Shown: positions 38,940 through 50,643 of the stretch, piece by piece
Numbering within the stretch: position 1 is the stretch's first letter
Layout of the letters: the number at the start of each line of letters is the position of its first letter
DNA from: Phoronis australis
Taxonomy: Eukaryota > Animalia > Phoronida
Length of the DNA stretch: 64,000 nt
NCBI GenBank assembly: GCA_002633005.1
Contig: NMRA01000786.1
Coordinates: forward strand, 18,981 to 82,980
Direction: 5' to 3'
The notes under the pieces: generated by a model
Told to the model about the DNA's origin: nothing
Database searches by the model: none
Seen by the model: only the letters and a program-made list of their open reading frames with translations
Translations under genes and position numbers: made by a program

Positions 38940-41210
38940 ATAACATTGACGTGTTTTGTCGTCACACGACATCAAGGTTTAAAAACAAAGGACTTACACT
39001 GTAAGTACACGCAATGCATACTTTGAGTTTAACTTCAGGTTGGTACTGTATGTTACAAGACGTTTTCTTCATCCGTAATTTTAGGCGATCCCGGAAAGGA
39101 TGCACATGAATATGAACTCGACAGAAAGCTGGAGGAGCACATGAGACGGGGAATCCCAAGAGAGGTTTCAACTTAAAAAAGTTGCAGAATTTTGGTTCAT
39201 TTCAGTGTTTCTTGTCACGCTTAGTGAGTAAAATGTGAAGTCACCCTAATTCCCTCTCTAATCTTTCCCAGAACACGAACATTAATATTTTTTTCGTACG
39301 ATCTCCGAAATGAATACTTTGCAAAAACGTGCCTGCAGATTTATAATTAGTAAGTATCGGGACAGAGCTGAATTTTCGCTAAACCCGAAAGCTGCACCAG
39401 AGACAGGATGGGGAGCAGGCAGACCAGAGTCGCTGAACGCCTAAGAGACTTTGAAAACTATAGTCGGTACTCGATTTGGCAACGTGCAGGTCGTCAAACG
39501 ATGCAACTTCAGACTGTGTTTGGCTATCTGGGAAAAATCCTAAGGCCAAGAAGTCGCCATGTAGCAGAGGCGAGAATCAGTGGTGACTTCCAAACCTTAA
39601 ATTACTAACGCTTTCCCTAGATGCAATACATTTGATTCACAATTACTTCGTGAAATTAGTGTATTTGCCACCTTCAACATTCACCAATCTTTACAGGGTG
39701 TAAGCACAGTGCAGTCGGATCTGTTCGGCAAAAAGCAGGCAAAACCGAAACATGAAACACCCGCCTCCGATCGACTGCGTTCCTTGTTGGAAGGAATAGA
39801 CCCGTTCCGGATTACACGGCGAAAGAATTCTCCTTTTTTTCTGGAGATGGGAAAGCGCGTGACCTCGTTTTTGCAAATCAGGCACATTTGCGTGTCTCCC
39901 ATAGATATCGGCCTGCGACGAATTTCAGATCACGCATTCATGGGTAAAAGTTAAGATAATTAAACTTTCTCTGTTGGAGCCCACAGCACAGCATTAATCG
40001 ACCTCATTGGAAATGGAAGGACGAACAGAGTAATGCAACGGAGAAAAGATGCGGAGGTTTACGGCATATTGTGGGAAAATACAGCGAGATTCGAGTTTCG
40101 CTGGTAATCCGGGACAGCTCTGTTGAGTTAGAGATTGAATGGCCAGGAATATACATGCATGTGCCTTAACTAAAACAGGTTAGTCACCAACTGCGCCATG
40201 AGCTTTCAAATCTTAGGAGCCCAGACAAAATGCTAGGGCTCCCAGAGTTTTTGAAGGATAATTGCGATAATGAAACAACAATAAAACGAACAAGTCGGTG
40301 GAGTTATCGGCCTTAAATCTAAAAATGTACATGTACCTCGATCGACGGTTGCACTTAAAACTAATGTAGTTTCCAATAAACAGGAAAGGGTAAAAGGTAA
40401 ACATGCTCAACTTAATAATAAGTTTCGCGGGAACCATGCAATGAGCGGAACCACTCCTTCAAAAAACATTTAATTTTGGTTTAAAAGAATTCAAACAAAG
40501 ACCATTGAATTCATGGCATACTGATTTCACGGGAAAGATTTTTTAACACACTAACTGATCATAATTGTATGAACTACAACAGAAAAACTTTTACTTGTCT
40601 CTGCTGTCTGTTATTTTGAACTCTTCTGATGTGGCGTACAATCCTAATGAGATTTTTCACTGGAAAACTGGTGCACTTTACTTGCCGTGCTCCTTTTTGG
40701 TAAGCCGACGGTTTCAGTGTTCACCGTCCGAGAGTTTTTAAACGATCTAGAGCGCTTGTTTTATTCCTAATGCTCGTTATATTTGTGTTCTGGTGTTCAG
40801 TGAAACATTGGCTGCAAAACGCCGCATAATGCATTGAACAATTTGTCAACTTCGTCTCTCAATCTCCGTACAGCGAGCGAACGTTTTTGATTGACCTCGC
40901 TATGTTTTAATTGACCTAGGTATATACATGTAAATTAGTTAAGCACATGCATTTGCTGTGAGCATACACTGTAGAGCTCTAACCGTGGAATACCAACTCC
41001 AATATGTGACCAAAGTACATGTATTGCGACTCTGAGACTGGCCACAGATCAAGTGTTGTACATGTAGTTATCAAATCAAGCCCAATTCCATAGTAATTTC
41101 GTTTTCATTTTAACATTTTTGTTCATGAAGCGACACTCTTGAGCTACGATTTTAGACAACCAACAATTTCCAGCAAAACTAATCAACAAACTCTGCAATT
41201 GCATCAATTT
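38940..41210 (+). repeat. Tandem segmental duplication, copy A
   Basis: Collinear with 41490-44610: 38940-39060 matches 41490-41610, 39300-39680 matches 41980-42410, 40270-40520 matches 42700-42930, 40530-41200 matches 43965-44600. Confidence 0.9.
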
Positions 41211-41489
41211 TACAAACATGTGAAAACGAAGAGATAACAATTATACCCGCATACATACGCACATGCACACTTGTGGTGGGGGTCATTTGCAAAACAAGAC
41301 TCAACTCCCTCAAAATAAAAGTACCAAAGGGGCACATCTGTTATTAAAATCTTCGAATTTTAGTTAACTGTAAAACAAATATTTTTCAATTTTTGACTTA
41401 CATTTTAAAGAATGTCAAATTGGAAGTTGTGTTTTTACGACCCGCCGATAAATATGAAAATTTTCTAGACATAAAATTAAATTAATAAC

Positions 41490-44400
41490 GAACATTGACC
41501 TGTTGTATCATCACATGACAACCCAGTATAAAAACAAAGGGCTTAGGTACAAACAATGCATAGTTTGAGTTGAACTTCAGGTTGGTAAGTTACAAAACGT
41601 TTTTCACATTTGCAATTCACACTGTGTAACTTAGTTAAGGCGATGCACATACATGTAACTACATAAATTCGAATTAAGGCAACTGGGAGAGCACGTGAGA
41701 CAGGACAGGGAATTCCTCTGGAGATTTTAAGGAAAGTTTCAGAATTTATCCGTGTAAGCGTGAATTTTGGTTTACGATTAGTGAGTAAAATTAACACGCC
41801 AATAACTGCACAAACCTTTCCCCGAGAACATCCCCATTGACAAATCCTCCGAACACATTAGCGAATTGTGCACAGTCTTAAATTGTACACCTTGCATTCT
41901 GATAGGAAAAGCGAGTGTGAAGAACGCCCTTTTCGTCCATAATCCTGGTTATCTCTTCCTGATAATGCTTATCTAATGACGATCTCCAAAAGTGATACTT
42001 TAGAAAAAAGTGGCTGCAGTTTTATCATTGTTAAGTTTCGGGACAGAAGCAGATGAATTCTCACTATACATGAAGAATTTATTAGTTACAGAATGTGGAG
42101 CTGGCAGACCAGAGTCTCTGAACGCCTCAGAGAGTTTGAAAACTACGTGTATAGTCAGTGCTCGATTTGGCCACCTGCAGGTCGTCAATGAGGCTTCAGA
42201 TTTTGTTTAGTGACCTGGAAAAATCACGGCCAAGTCACCACAAAGTCACCACAGTGCGTGCCGAATTCAAGACAGAAACCAATTCCTCAGAAATTCGTTC
42301 CAACAATTTTGGTGATTTCTAAACTTAAAATTACTACCAGTTTTCCTATACGCAACACATTTGATTCCCAATTGTTGCGTTTACTTCATGAAATCAGTGT
42401 ATTTGCCACACTCAGCAGTTACCACACGTTAAACAGTCACTGGCCGCCCCGGATTACACAGCGACACTTGAATTTCGCTGTATACACCCACAATACCATA
42501 AACATCCGCCAGGCACATTTGCTGCCTCGTTTTCATGCCACTGGAGTTTCACATGTTATTTGTTGTTGTCTGATACTTTACAAGTTTGCCTCGGTTCCAT
42601 TGCTCGTTTCGTCCTTTCAATTCCCATGACGTATTACTGGTGTGCTGTGGGCTGCAATTCCGACGTGACAAATTTTGATAATGACATGAACCAACAAGAT
42701 AATGAACAAGTCGATGGAGTCCGTAGACCTTAAATCTAAACATGTACCCCGATCGACGGTAACACTTAAATCTATGAAGTTTCCAATAAACAGAAAAGGT
42801 TTAAAGGAAAATGTGCTTATATATAACTTAATAGCAGGTTCGCTGGAGTCATGCAGTGAGAGGGGTACTTCAAAAATATTTAACTTCCGTGCAAAACAAT
42901 TCAAACAAAAGATCATTGAATTGATGGCATACTAACTGGTCTTGCCAATACATCAAAAATGCTTAGAATACTGTGTTCAGCTAAGTTTAATCGTGGTCTG
43001 CCGTCACGATCACAGCAGAGGTAATCACCCTTTGAAGAACGGAACTCTAATGAAAATCAATAACTCAGATATGTGCTTAATATTGACACAAGATACTAAT
43101 AAAACTAATCATGGAACGACAACCCTTTCAATGAAATCAATAACTGTTCAGATATGTGCCTAATATTGACAAAAGATGCCCAAATTATCAGGAGACAATA
43201 ACTCTTTCAAGATCAATTTTCTGATGAAATAAATAAATATTCTGATATGTGCTTAATATTGACATAAGATACAAAAATAATCAAGAAACAACAGCCCTTT
43301 CAAGAAAAGAATTCTAATGAAATCAATAACTGTTCAGATATGTGCCTAATATTGACAAAAGATGCCAAAATAAACAGGAGACAATAACCCTTTCAGGAAA
43401 AGAATTTTAATGAAATCAATGAGTGTTCAGATGTCTGCTTAATATTGACAAAAATACTAAAATCAATATTTCCAAAGAATGGAAGGACAACATCGATAAA
43501 ACGCCGAGCTTGTTGTGCGTAGTCCCAATTAATTCAAGGTACGACCGCCGCGGTCCTAGTCATGGACTGGAAGTCGGGTCAAGCTTTCAGTCGAATATTT
43601 CAGTTTCCTGCAATAGAATTTTTTCCGAAAATATGCAAAATAGTAAAGCATCGTCTGGTCTTTCCAATTACACCAAATTCACCATCCACATTTCATCGTA
43701 TGTGTCAAAACATTACTCAGAAAACGTCAACTGAATTTAACATAACCTCGCTGTGAACTTATTGACACCGCAACCTTAGGCTGAGACACGTCTTTACATG
43801 CACATGTAATTCAAACTAATAAGACACAGCTTCCAGATCTATCTAAAAATTGCCGTTTTTGTCGAGGCCTCTCTTTTTGACACCGTACCAAGGTCGAAGT
43901 ACGGTTGTAGGTCTACGTACGCACTCAGATTCAAGTGCCGACTCCATACCAACGAACTCAAAATTTCGCAGGTAAGATTTTTGAACACACAAACTGATCG
44001 TTATTGCATAGACAACAGAAAAACTTTCATGGTGTCTCTGCTGTCTGCTATTTTTGTGGCGTGCAATTCTTTATTTTTAACTGGAAAATTGGATCACTTT
44101 ACTTGCCGTGCTCCTTGTCGGTAAGCCGACGGCTTCATTGTTCACCGTCCAAGGAATTTGAAACGATCTATCGCGCTTGTTTTATTTGCAATGCTCGTTA
44201 TATCTGTGTTTTGGTGTTCAGTGAAACATTTGCTACAAAACTTCGCATAATGTATTGAACAATTTGTCAACTTCGTCTTTTAATCTCCGTACAGAGAGCG
44301 AAAGTTTTTGATTGACTTAGCTATGTTGACCTAGGTATATACATGTAAATTAGTTAACCACATGCATTTGCTGTGAGCATACCCTGTAGAACTCTGGCCC

Positions 44401-44610
44401 TGGAATACCAACTCCAATACGTGACCAATTGCGGCCCTGAGACTGGCCAAAGATCAAATGTTGTAGTAATCAAATCAAGCCTAATTTTATTGTTTCGTTT
44501 TCATATTGATATTTCTGTTCATCAAGCGACACTCTTGAGCTACGACTCTAAACAACCAAAGATATCCGGCAAAACTAATCAACAAACCCGGCCATTACAT
44601 TCATTTCGGT
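41490..44610 (+). repeat. Tandem segmental duplication, copy B, with about 1-kb insertion at about 42935-43960
   Basis: See copy A. For example ttacttgccgtgctcctt..ggtaagccgacgg and aagcgacactcttgagctacga occur in both copies. Confidence 0.9.
43020..43465. repeat. About 90-bp tandem repeat, 5 copies
   Basis: Unit ccctttcaagaaaagaattctaatgaaatcaataactgttcagatatgtgc(t/c)taatattgacaaaagat..aaaataa..gga.acaata. Confidence 0.9.
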
Positions 44611-45459
44611 GATTCTTTATACACACCTACCCGTGGCCCTGACCGGATCCCGGGAATTGTCTGGCCTCTGATATCTTTTCATCTCCAGTCTCACAACCAT
44701 TTTCGACAATCAATTAAACTACATGCTAGGAGTTTATTTTGGGTGTAAAAATCATGAATCATGTTTCTGTATTTTTAGGAAACAAGTGAAATTTGATTTC
44801 TGTGTGTCTGTTCTGCAATTATAAATGAAAATTATAGCCCCTACTAGCAGGTGGGTTTAGGTGACTTTCGAAAAACAACTCGTATTTGCGTAGCCACGTG
44901 TGTATGCTTGTGTTTGCATAAATGAGTACTGTTTTCAATTGTTTCTATACTAAATCATCTGTGCAACGTTTACCTGTTGTTGAGATGCTTTTTGTTAACT
45001 TGATTTCGTAGCAATGAATCTTTTCTGTCGTACTTACATATAACCGTGAAATTAAATTCAAAAAATAAAAATATTTCTGGTAAAAAACCCAAACGAATAC
45101 TTTGTGTTGCTCACAGCGTATATTGTACTTGTTATGAATATTTCTGTTTTCTAGAGTCCACTTACTATAGTAGCATAACAGTCGTAAAACTGTATTTCAT
45201 TGTTTACGGCAACATACTCTACATGTGTATGTGCCAGGATCACTACATGTATTTTCGTTCTGAAGAAATTGGTTTATTTACAAACTAATGTAAGTATGGA
45301 AAGTCCTATACTGCAACCCATGTAGTAATCTATCCACAGTTTGGCGACTTGGGATTTTACGAAATCGCATTTGCCATCTTGACGTCAAGCTAAGCACTGA
45401 TAGCACTAATTACTCTTTTAATGGAATACCCACCATGCACCTCCGAATCATCTGACGTA

Positions 45460-45655
45460 ACACTGACAACTTTATTTGTTAGCATACCCGTACCCAGCTT
45501 GGGTGGGTGCGAAGCCAAAGGAAGCGAATGAAATCCGGACTTCAGTCGTCTGTGTAAACTATTGTAGAAAATTTCGTGATGACCGGGACTTGAACCCGGG
45601 TTGCACGAGCGCCAGTCAAGCATCTAAACCATTCGGCTAAGAGGCAATTGCCGCT
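45460..45655 (-). mobile_element. tRNA-derived SINE (Pol III head plus body)
   Basis: Minus strand reads A box TAGCCGAATGG then B box GGTTCAAGTCC within a paired ccggg-ttcaagt-cccgg T-arm. No acceptor stem, so not a tRNA gene. The 3' boundary is approximate. Confidence 0.7.
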
Positions 45656-45660
45656 TGTGT

Positions 45661-45765
45661 AATTTTTTTATTTATTTAATTATTTATTTATTTATTTATT
45701 TATTATTGTGATATTTAAAATGAGGGTGGCCTCTTCAGTGATAGCACTGCTTTCCGAGAGGGCCC
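45661..45765 (-). mobile_element. 3' tail of a LINE or SINE with (TAAA)n end
   Basis: Minus strand gggccctctcggaaagcagtgctatcactgaagaggccaccctcattttaaata (stem-loop cagtg-ctat-cactg) followed by (TAAA)n. Confidence 0.6.
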
Positions 45766-47217
45766 ATCAGAAGAAAAATGTGATCTCTAGCACAAATACA
45801 TGTATTTTGATCGAACAAAGTGCAGCTTTTACATAACAAATCACTAAAAGAACAGTCATCTAAGCATTAAATCTCGAATATCGTCAAAACTGTAGCAAGA
45901 AACGAGTTCCACAATGGTGATAGCGATCTATACACGTACCAATTTCAGACTGATTGATTAAGGGACACCGAAGATACGGCAAAAAACTCAATTAATCTGA
46001 GACCATTCTTCAGTAAATCTCGAATAACTAGAGAACGGTAAAACCTAGAGAAAAGCAAAAACGACACAATTATGATAGCCCTTGAAATTATCAATTCATA
46101 GATAAAATGAAAAAACAACACTATGAGAAACGGTAGAGCTGTGACTCCGCAAACCAATAAAGGCGCCATCGTGCGAAATATAATTGCAAACAACGTTTAC
46201 TTTATAATAATTTTTTTCCTGGCAAAGTCTTGCTTTTGTTTTATTGCATATGCTGTTTAACTAGGCTTTATTAAACCTTGTTTTACCGATCCGTCGCCCA
46301 GAATGTAATTGTAATTTGCAGATCGGGCAAACATCTACATGTAGCTTTGAAATGTATTGATTACAGCTTATTACACTGGCTGCAGTGTAGAATTTCCCGT
46401 AGAAGCTTAGAATTAAACTTATTTTTTCACAAGTAAAAATCAGTGATACTGATATATGTTTTGTGCATCACCGTAAACAAGAGACATTGGAACACATTTT
46501 AATTGTACAATTGTTGTGTTACTAAAGAAACTTGGACTCTGGAGAATAAAATCTGGTTAACAAAGACGCAATATTCTTTGTATCACCTGTTGCATAGTTG
46601 ACAACATGCGAGACTTACGATCGGGACAACTGGATGGAAAAGCGATACATTCGGAAAATGGGTCCACAATGAATGTCAAAAAGTAACTGAAAAGGTGAAA
46701 TATTCGCCCGATTACATTTTTGTTTGTTTTTAATGGACCAGGAAATTGTAGATTCCGCAAAAACCGATGAACATACCATGTTCTCCTTTTAAGTTGAACG
46801 GCAAAATAGGGCTAGGTAGCGTTGGAAATCATAATTGCATATGATATTATGTCAATTTTGCCGAGTGCCAAAAAGTGGGGCATTTTGATGGTGTAACGGA
46901 AAGCCGGAAAAAACATCATAAAGAAAACCAGTGCACATATAACAACGATCATTCCTTCACCTTGTTCGCTTTGTCTCCGCCTAAAACTGTTCAGTTTTTT
47001 ACCAATGTTGAACAATATTAGCTATGTTCCTAGCTACTCCCACGGCCTCATATTCAAGGTGATTTGTATTTTGTATAAGGCCATACCGTTATTCAGGATA
47101 AAAGACGAGCTATTGTTTTTTGTTATTGCTAATCAGTCATGTCTAAAACCTTAAATAATAAAATTCAGGATGCAGTGATATTTTCAAAAATGCGACAAAC
47201 TAGTTACTTAACTACCT

Positions 47218-47400
47218 CAGTGGCGGACCCAGGATATCGCAAGGGGGAGCCAACATTTTGTCCGGCTATAAGCATTTGCGCAAACCACGATTGTAGGCGC
47301 ATAGCACCGAATGTGGGGAGGTCGGGAGGGGGGTTCGCCCAGGAAAATTTTCTGTTTTTTCCTCTAAAAATCAAGCATTTTCCTTGATTCCTGAAGTATT
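47218..47400 (+). mobile_element. Left part of a CAGTGGCGGA-type MITE
   Basis: Begins cagtggcggacccagg, followed by G-runs and ccaggaaaattttc. Same terminus class as 52306. Right TIR not found. Confidence 0.5.
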
Positions 47401-48483
47401 ACCCAAGAAATAAAGGAAAAAAAAAAACGGAGAACGTGTCAAACAGGAAGAATGCAAGACACCTGAGACTCGAACTCACAACCTAGCGAACAGAGCGCGC
47501 ACGCTTCCTGTGTATACTAAGAGACCTACTTGTTTATGGTCCACAGCGTTTGCGCGCGAAACTTACTTCTTTTCGTAATGCTTATTACACGTTTTATATT
47601 TTGTGCAATCGGTTCTTAACAAATTTGTTGTATTTAAAATGCCCAAAAGACCAAATCAGTTTTTCGTGTTGGCAATAATGACGTCTTAAGTTAAGGTTTG
47701 ACAAAGAGAGAATTATGAGTTTCTTAATGATTCACTAAGGCTTCGATTAAAATTCACTTTTTACCAGCAGCTTCTGTTTTTTCATCGTCACTCATGTTCC
47801 ATTTTCTTTAAAAAATGAAGTAAATTTTCTTCATTGCACAGTGGAGCAGACGACGGAAACGGAGTCATAGTGCGCAGCGGCACTGCCGGTCGCCTGGGAT
47901 ATCGCGGGAGAGCCTATACTTAGCCATAGTTCCGTTACGAATTTGACACTTGAAATTGGATCTGAGCTAAGTAGGACACCACTGCTGCTATGCACTGGGC
48001 TGTTACGAAAGTCACCCAGATTCATGACCTAACATTTTTAAATTTGAAGTTTGAAAGGGTAATGCCAACTTCACATAAAAGTAGTCTGCACAAAAGTTGT
48101 TCAGAATTCAATGGAGATTTTCACCATATACATATCTTTACCATAGCCTTGGTGTAACTAATTCTATAAATTTTCAAACTGGACACCCTTTGTTTTTATC
48201 TGTTTTCGCACATGAGAACATTAGGCCTACTCAAAAACCGTAATAAGCATTTTTAAAAGGGAATTCATGGGACTTGCATGTTTAATAAAGCAGATTTATT
48301 GTCTGTAACATCACATCTACAAACAAGAATGTACAGTATATAACATACCTCAACTTTGCACGATAACAAATTTATGACTGGTGCAGTCGCTTGTTAAAAT
48401 CTGTTTTGAAGTTCACTTTGGTGTGCAAAAACTTGAAACACGGGTGGAGACACAAAGCTATTTTGTGAAAGTCACAAAAATAT

Positions 48484-49056
48484 CTATAGTTCTGAATGAG
48501 TTCCATCATGTTTCAGAGGCTCTGTATTATGCGCGAAGGGCGTGAGCCAAGCATCGTCGTAGGCCCGTCCAAGTTCAGCTTCAGGGACCGGTAACTCCTC
48601 CAAAACTGCACTGAGATCGGAATCGATAGAATCTGCATTACTTGTGACTGTATTAGTTTCCCAGTCACTGTCACCGTCACTTTCGAGTGCCAATTCCAGC
48701 TCGTTTTTACTATCTAAGTTCATGAACACTTCCTCAAGAAACTGGTCAACAGTCATCTTACCACATTTGGCACCAGCCAAGATAAAACTTGCGTAAACTT
48801 TCAAATATCTCGGCAACAACTCAGCACAGCCATATCTTGTAAATCAGAAAAATATACCGGAAACTATGAACTGTAGAATACGCATGCTCACATATGTAAA
48901 CAGCGTACGGGGCTTTCACATCAGTGTCCTGGGGTGAGTACACCCTCCTCGCGCAGTCTAGCAGTAGCTGATTATAGGCGATTGAGTACACCCGACGAAC
49001 TTTAATAGGATAATTGGCTTGTCGGCTGACCTCGCCTAGCGCAGTATAAGTGTTAA
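48484..49056 (-). mobile_element. Possible piggyBac-like 5' remnant
   Basis: Acidic ORF MTVDQFLEEVF..ESDGDSDW..WLTPFAHNTEP..SEL resembles piggyBac transposase N-termini. Repeated gagtacaccc motif and a TTAA-CACT.. terminus near 49055. Confidence 0.4.
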
Positions 49057-49409
49057 GAAAGTGCACTCTTGAAAATAATATTCATAGCATAGACTCAATG
49101 TTATTTTGAACAGCTGCATACAATGTAGCAGTCACGGTAAACATTCGACAGTTGAATTGAAAATCTCGATTTTCAGATAAAAGCGGGGCATCTGGGCCTA
49201 AACCAAGCCGCAATGGTGAATTATAAGTCGCAACACACAAAAAAGTCCCGACCATGGTTTCTGTAGAACTGGAGACGTAACACCTCAAAGCGCCCGTACT
49301 TTTTTCTTGTTTTTTTTTTGCGAAAAACATAAATCCCCGTTTTTCTTTTTAGTCTAACAGTAAAGTAGTGCTGGGGAAATTAAAGTATTATATGTATACG
49401 TCAATTTCG

Positions 49410-49535
49410 TCGTGTGTCACGTGGGACATTTTGACGGGGAGGGGATTTAAAAAGTGGGACGGTGCACCAAGGGCGGAACAATGAGTACGCAGTCTGCAAC
49501 ACATATCAATGAATTGGATTCTTTTAGAAGGTAAA
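49410..49535 (+). promoter_or_regulatory. Possible promoter and non-coding first exon for the 50644 gene
   Basis: CACGTG E-box, G-rich tract and GGGCGG GC-box, then donor-like GAAG|GTAAAT at 49531 (alternative CAG|GTAACC at 49631). A candidate acceptor cctaat...ccctcAG ends at 50605, 38 nt before the ATG. Confidence 0.3.
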
Positions 49536-50643
49536 TTTTCCATTTTTCAATTTTTTTTCACGGGTATAGTTAATTACTACAGATAACAGTATTGCTCAGA
49601 AGTCGAAGTTTAAAAGCATCTGGACAACAGGTAACCGTTGCGAGTGAAGGCGAGTCTGCGAACAGTCTTGATTTCAGAGCTGACATTTCTGAGTGGTAAC
49701 TACATGTATAACCTTTTTTCTTGATTCCCGAATTAATTCTCTAACCAAATCAATGTCGAGTAATATGTACAGTGTATAAATCTCGAACTGTACATCTATA
49801 ACCGAAGTTTTTGTCGTGACTGTCAAAGCCCAGTCGTGAATAGCGGCCATACTGATTTCATTTCTTCAATGCCGAGTGTGTTTGCTATTTGCGATTATAT
49901 CTAATTATTGTGATGCTAACTGGATTTTATTTCTGATAAATGATACTATATAGTCTTGTCTGTTCCAAAATTCCTGCTTACCGGCGGCAGGGCTGCAACT
50001 AAGTCAAAGTCAATATGCGCCTGGCAATTCCTAGCAATAGTATAACACAATAGAAACCTTCATCAACGAAATATATTCTCATTTCCTCTGACCTGTCGAA
50101 CTTATGGCCATGTCGTGAATGGTTTCATTAGCTTTTACTCCGCTTTCTGGCATGACCCATAGTGTAAGGCCATGATCTTTTGTTCGGGTAGTAGACTACC
50201 TGAGTCACTGTTCATCGGTAAGCAGTCTGTCGTGTCTGCCATGTTAAAGCCTAGCCTGTATCGGAGTTCAACGAGGCTAGGACCTGGCTAGAAATGCAAG
50301 ACCTCGCGAGATTTCGGGAGATGTTGCCGTGAACTTGAAAGAGAGCACGTGATTTTGGCTAGACTTTTTAGTCGCGAGACAGCTACTGAACACTGATTAA
50401 AATGCTCTGACGTAGACAAGAAATCAGTAAGTGCGTTAGGATCTCGTCGACGCTGTTTCAGTAGTTCATGCCTACGCTGCGTGTCATTTGATGCTGGATG
50501 ACAGAAGTGTGATCCAAGGACATTATTAATAAGACAATATCTCCGCAATACTATATTTCGGGTCAACAATTCAGAGAGGTTGACCTAATCAGTTGTAACC
50601 CTCAGATGATATTGCGAAGCCGCCAGTACCGGTACTGACGATC

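Noticed and set aside
42210-42935. Short ORFs in duplication copy B
   Set aside because: The frames are not preserved in copy A and they cross an inversion breakpoint.
45575-45655. tRNA gene
   Set aside because: A and B boxes and a T-arm are present, but there is no acceptor or anticodon stem; better explained as a SINE head. The same applies to the B-box-like motifs near 13480 and 47465.
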